This document shows positions 61,286 through 64,000 of a DNA stretch of 64,000 nt, piece after piece. The DNA lies in NCBI GenBank assembly GCA_965200495.1, contig CBDAUG010000001.1, forward strand, positions 419,423 to 483,422. Direction: 5' to 3'. The notes beneath the pieces are model-generated. The model had not been told where the DNA came from. It saw only the letters and a program-made list of their open reading frames with translations, and searched no databases. A program made the position numbers and the translations under genes. The first letter of the stretch is position 1, and the number at the start of each line of letters is the position of its first letter. This DNA is from Alphaproteobacteria bacterium. Its GTDB lineage: Bacteria > Pseudomonadota > Alphaproteobacteria > SP197.

Positions 61286-62896
61286 GGGTGTGGTTCTGGT
61301 ATGGGGTAAAGAGTTCGTGTTATGTTTGATAGGTGTTCGTATGATGTATGCACATTTTTTCGCCACTCGTCACAGTTTTCTGTGTTGAGCGCCAAAAACA
61401 CAGACATCAGACCCATCATCGGATCTGATTGACCCCTGATTGTGATCGTGGCAGACGCTGCGCTTGATCGCGAGTTCTGGTTCAGAATGACTGCCGAAGA
61501 CCGTCAAGGGGCGATCCATGAGGAGCTTGTACGGCTGTTTCCCGGAGAGTTGCCGGCTGCGTTCGCCGCCTTCATGGTGAGTGTGCGCGAGAAGCTCGAG
61601 GCGTTTGAGGGGCGGCACGCCACGAGGGCGTTCGAGAGCGGCGTCGCCGAGGCGGCCAACCGGCTTTCGGCGCAGATCGTCAGGCAGGCCCTTGTCTCAC
61701 TCGACACGCAAGACCCCGTGATCGAATACCGCGGCGAGAGATATCGTCGGGAAGGCGCCACGAACAAGCGGGTCATGACATCCTTCGGTGCCATCAACGA
61801 TGAGCGTTCACGATACCGTCGCCGGTCCCGTGCGTCGGTGTTTCCGGCGGATCGCCTTGCCGGCTTGATCGAGGACTTCTGGACGCCACGAGCGGCATAC
61901 CTTGCCTTGCAGGCGGTATCGTCGATGCCACCGCGTGATTGCGTGAAGATGTTCCGCCGACAGGGCGGGATGTGTCCCGGTGTATCGAGCCTGATCCGGC
62001 TCTACGAGGTGGCCGGCAGACACTGGGAAGAGATCGCCGATGACGCGCTCGCAGAGATCCGTCATGGGGAGGAGATTCCCTCTGACGCCACGTCCGTGAC
62101 GATCCAGATGGATGGCGTCATGGTGCCTGTGGGCCAAGACAGACGCAAGCGGAAACAGGACCTTGAGGGGATCACGTGGAAGGAAGCCGCTTGCGCGACG
62201 ATCACTCTTGGCAATGCCGCCGGCGAGCGTCTTCGCACCCTGCGCCATGCCAGAATGCCCGAAGCGAACAAGCTCAGGCTCAAGCAGCTGATCCGCGACG
62301 AGGTTCACTCTCTGCTGGCCAGACGGCCGGACCTCGAACTTGTTGTGGTGGCCAACGGAGCCAGGGATCACTGGCGGTTCTTCGAGGAAGCCTTCCCCGA
62401 GGCCGAGCAGGTGCTCGACTTCTTCCATGCAGCAGACTATCTCAAGGAGGCGCTTGATCACGCCTATGGCCAGGACAGCATTCAGGGCAACCGTCGCTGG
62501 CACATCCTGCGCGAGACCCTGCTTGTCGAGATCTCCGGCGTCGACAAGGTCATCGCCTCCCTCGCATATCTCAAGCGATCCTACTCGCCTCTGGTCTCCA
62601 GGGCGATCGGCTACTTCACCAACAACCGCAAGAGGATGAACTATGCCGACTACAGACGTCGCAACCTGACTATCGGCTCCGGGCTTGTTGAAGCCACCAA
62701 CAAGAGCCTCGTCACGCAACGGCTGAAGGGATCAGGCATGATCTGGGGGCAAAGCGGCGGCCAGGCCATCCTGTCGCTGCGCGCCCTCGACAAGTCAGAC
62801 CGCTTCGACACCGCATGGAGCATCCTGGAACCATATTGGCAGAAAAAAGCAATCGACAATTATTGAAGAAAATTACCCCATATGAGAATCGCACCC
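61286..62896 (+). mobile_element. ISKra4-like insertion sequence
   Basis: 24-bp TIRs GGGTGTGGTTCTGGTATGGGGTAA / TTACCCCATATGAGAATCGCACCC (20/24 match); 9-bp TSD CATGTACAT at 61277-61285 and 62897-62905. Confidence 0.9.
61442..62866 (+). CDS. ISKra4-like DDE transposase
   Basis: MDGVMV, ANGA, LDFFHA, IGSGLVEA..K..V..RLKGSGMIW...GGQAILSLR; start uncertain. Confidence 0.85.
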   Translation: MIVADAALDREFWFRMTAEDRQGAIHEELVRLFPGELPAAFAAFMVSVREKLEAFEGRHATRAFESGVAEAANRLSAQIVRQALVSLDTQDPVIEYRGERYRREGATNKRVMTSFGAINDERSRYRRRSRASVFPADRLAGLIEDFWTPRAAYLALQAVSSMPPRDCVKMFRRQGGMCPGVSSLIRLYEVAGRHWEEIADDALAEIRHGEEIPSDATSVTIQMDGVMVPVGQDRRKRKQDLEGITWKEAACATITLGNAAGERLRTLRHARMPEANKLRLKQLIRDEVHSLLARRPDLELVVVANGARDHWRFFEEAFPEAEQVLDFFHAADYLKEALDHAYGQDSIQGNRRWHILRETLLVEISGVDKVIASLAYLKRSYSPLVSRAIGYFTNNRKRMNYADYRRRNLTIGSGLVEATNKSLVTQRLKGSGMIWGQSGGQAILSLRALDKSDRFDTAWSILEPYWQKKAIDNY

Positions 62897-63186
62897 CATG
62901 TACATAGGCCATGAAAACTGGATGCTCAGATGTCCCTCCGGCACCGCTGACCGGCATTGTGTCAATAGCTAGCAGCCCAAGCTGCCCTGCAAGTTGTGTA
63001 TCAATGCAACTTTCTTCTGCACCGGTATCTACCAAGGCCATGGTGAGCAGTTCTGTCTGTCGAGATTGGAGGGACGGCGTTGTCAAACTTGAGCCCGGAT
63101 AGGGAGTGACAAGCACCCTTATGCTCGGACCATAGCGGATAAGGGTGTCAGAGCGAAGGGTGCCGTCTTCGTCCTGCCATCCAAGT

Positions 63187-63441
63187 TCAACTGTCGGCAT
63201 GAGCAGGTCTGTAAGCGATGGAGGCAGGCATTGACATGACATGAGGGTCGCGAACTTCACGGATCAGGTAGGGGCCAGTTCCGAACTGGTGCACCGCCGC
63301 TTCAGCGGCCAAGTGGAAGGAGGGGTACGCACCCGCGAATTCGCCGTTATAGAAGATCACATGCTCGCGAGCATGGTCTCTCTTCAGTTCCTCGAACATT
63401 TTTTCGAAAGCTCTGATGTTGTGTTGCAATTCAGCGTTCAT
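63187..63441 (-). CDS. Small hypothetical protein (DUF5678-like), partner of the protease
   Basis: NIRAFEKMFEELKRDHAREHVIFYNGE...YLIREV; overlaps the protease start. Confidence 0.6.
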   Translation of the reverse strand: MNAELQHNIRAFEKMFEELKRDHAREHVIFYNGEFAGAYPSFHLAAEAAVHQFGTGPYLIREVRDPHVMSMPASIAYRPAHADS

Positions 63442-64000
63442 GGCAATTCTCACAGAGTTGATTGTTTCAATTTCAGCCTGGAACTCGCTTTCGATGGTCC
63501 CAATGAACATCTGTCGCTTGATCTAACGCACCGAGGTCCTCATTGCAGGGGCGGAGATTGACAGTCTAGGGTTGTGCCGACCGCTGAACAATCACCATTC
63601 TTGGGTTTCTGTATGCGGCATGCAGCCATGTGCTGGGGTTGCTGTTCGAAATCAAGGCATGATGCCATTCAGTGGACCGCATCCGTGAACCATGTTGATC
63701 GGGTGGAAGGTTGCACGTCGTACCCTGACACAGCCAGGAACACCGGGGTTCGGGGCCAGGACGGCGCGGGGTGCGCGTCCTCAAACTGCTGTCCACCCGT
63801 TTCCTCTGACCGAAGGGTGGCATGCGGACTCTCCTGCTTTCGGGGTTGGGCGGGGTCTTGCTGTGCGTGGTTCTCATACGCAGCTTATACCAATCCCGAT
63901 AAGTCTTTAACGGTCGAAATTTTCATGCGCAGTCAAAATGTGGGGTGCAATCGGCGCGATGATTGTCCTATGTTGAGGTTTCTCGAAGACCGTCGGCACA

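Larger units (their letters stand above)
61098..63200 (-). pseudogene. Retropepsin-like aspartyl protease split by an IS
   Basis: 5' part contains ALVDTGA and ends MAYVH; the 3' part resumes in frame VPELGLTQYGRFSGVNL...VLLGRTFL...*. Confidence 0.85.

Noticed and set aside
63860-63880. GTGGTTCTCATA, similar to the ISKra4-like end
   Set aside because: Short partial match with no partner end or transposase in the window.
1-64000. CRISPR array, rRNA, tRNA
   Set aside because: No regularly spaced repeats, cas genes or RNA-gene signatures were seen by eye; a covariance search was not possible.

Overview
GC-rich bacterial window, probably alphaproteobacterial (inferred from the cnoX-LON-trm112-DUF971 block, htpG and glpD), with many decayed genes and IS elements. 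In order: (1) a dinJ-yafQ TA pair and a GntR-linked sugar ABC operon with a SelA/DgaE-like PLP enzyme, RidA and two G1PDH-like dehydrogenases (0.7-9.7 kb); (2) a core block split by TA-gene relics (9.8-14 kb); (3) a carnitine/betaine-type catabolic cluster with a divergent HisA paralogue and an ammonia-lyase homologue lacking the MIO motif (14-22 kb); (4) htpG and glpD; (5) a polyol/sugar operon broken up by mobile debris, including an intact IS4 with 9-bp TSD, a group II intron fragment and a poly-C frameshifted secreted protein; (6) the main finding, a ~20-kb RiPP cluster (39.5-59.4 kb) whose NHLP-leader precursor has only a four-residue core, RCCC. The cluster also encodes a YcaO cyclodehydratase, a methyltransferase, two paralogous prenyltransferase-like unknowns, an MMPL transporter, a three-part NHLP exporter, an FAD oxidoreductase, an AlkB-GlnE fusion and a cfa pseudogene; (7) IS relics and an ISKra4-like element that splits a retropepsin-like protease gene. 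No rRNA, tRNA or CRISPR array was seen. All family calls come from motif recognition by eye; no database search was run.
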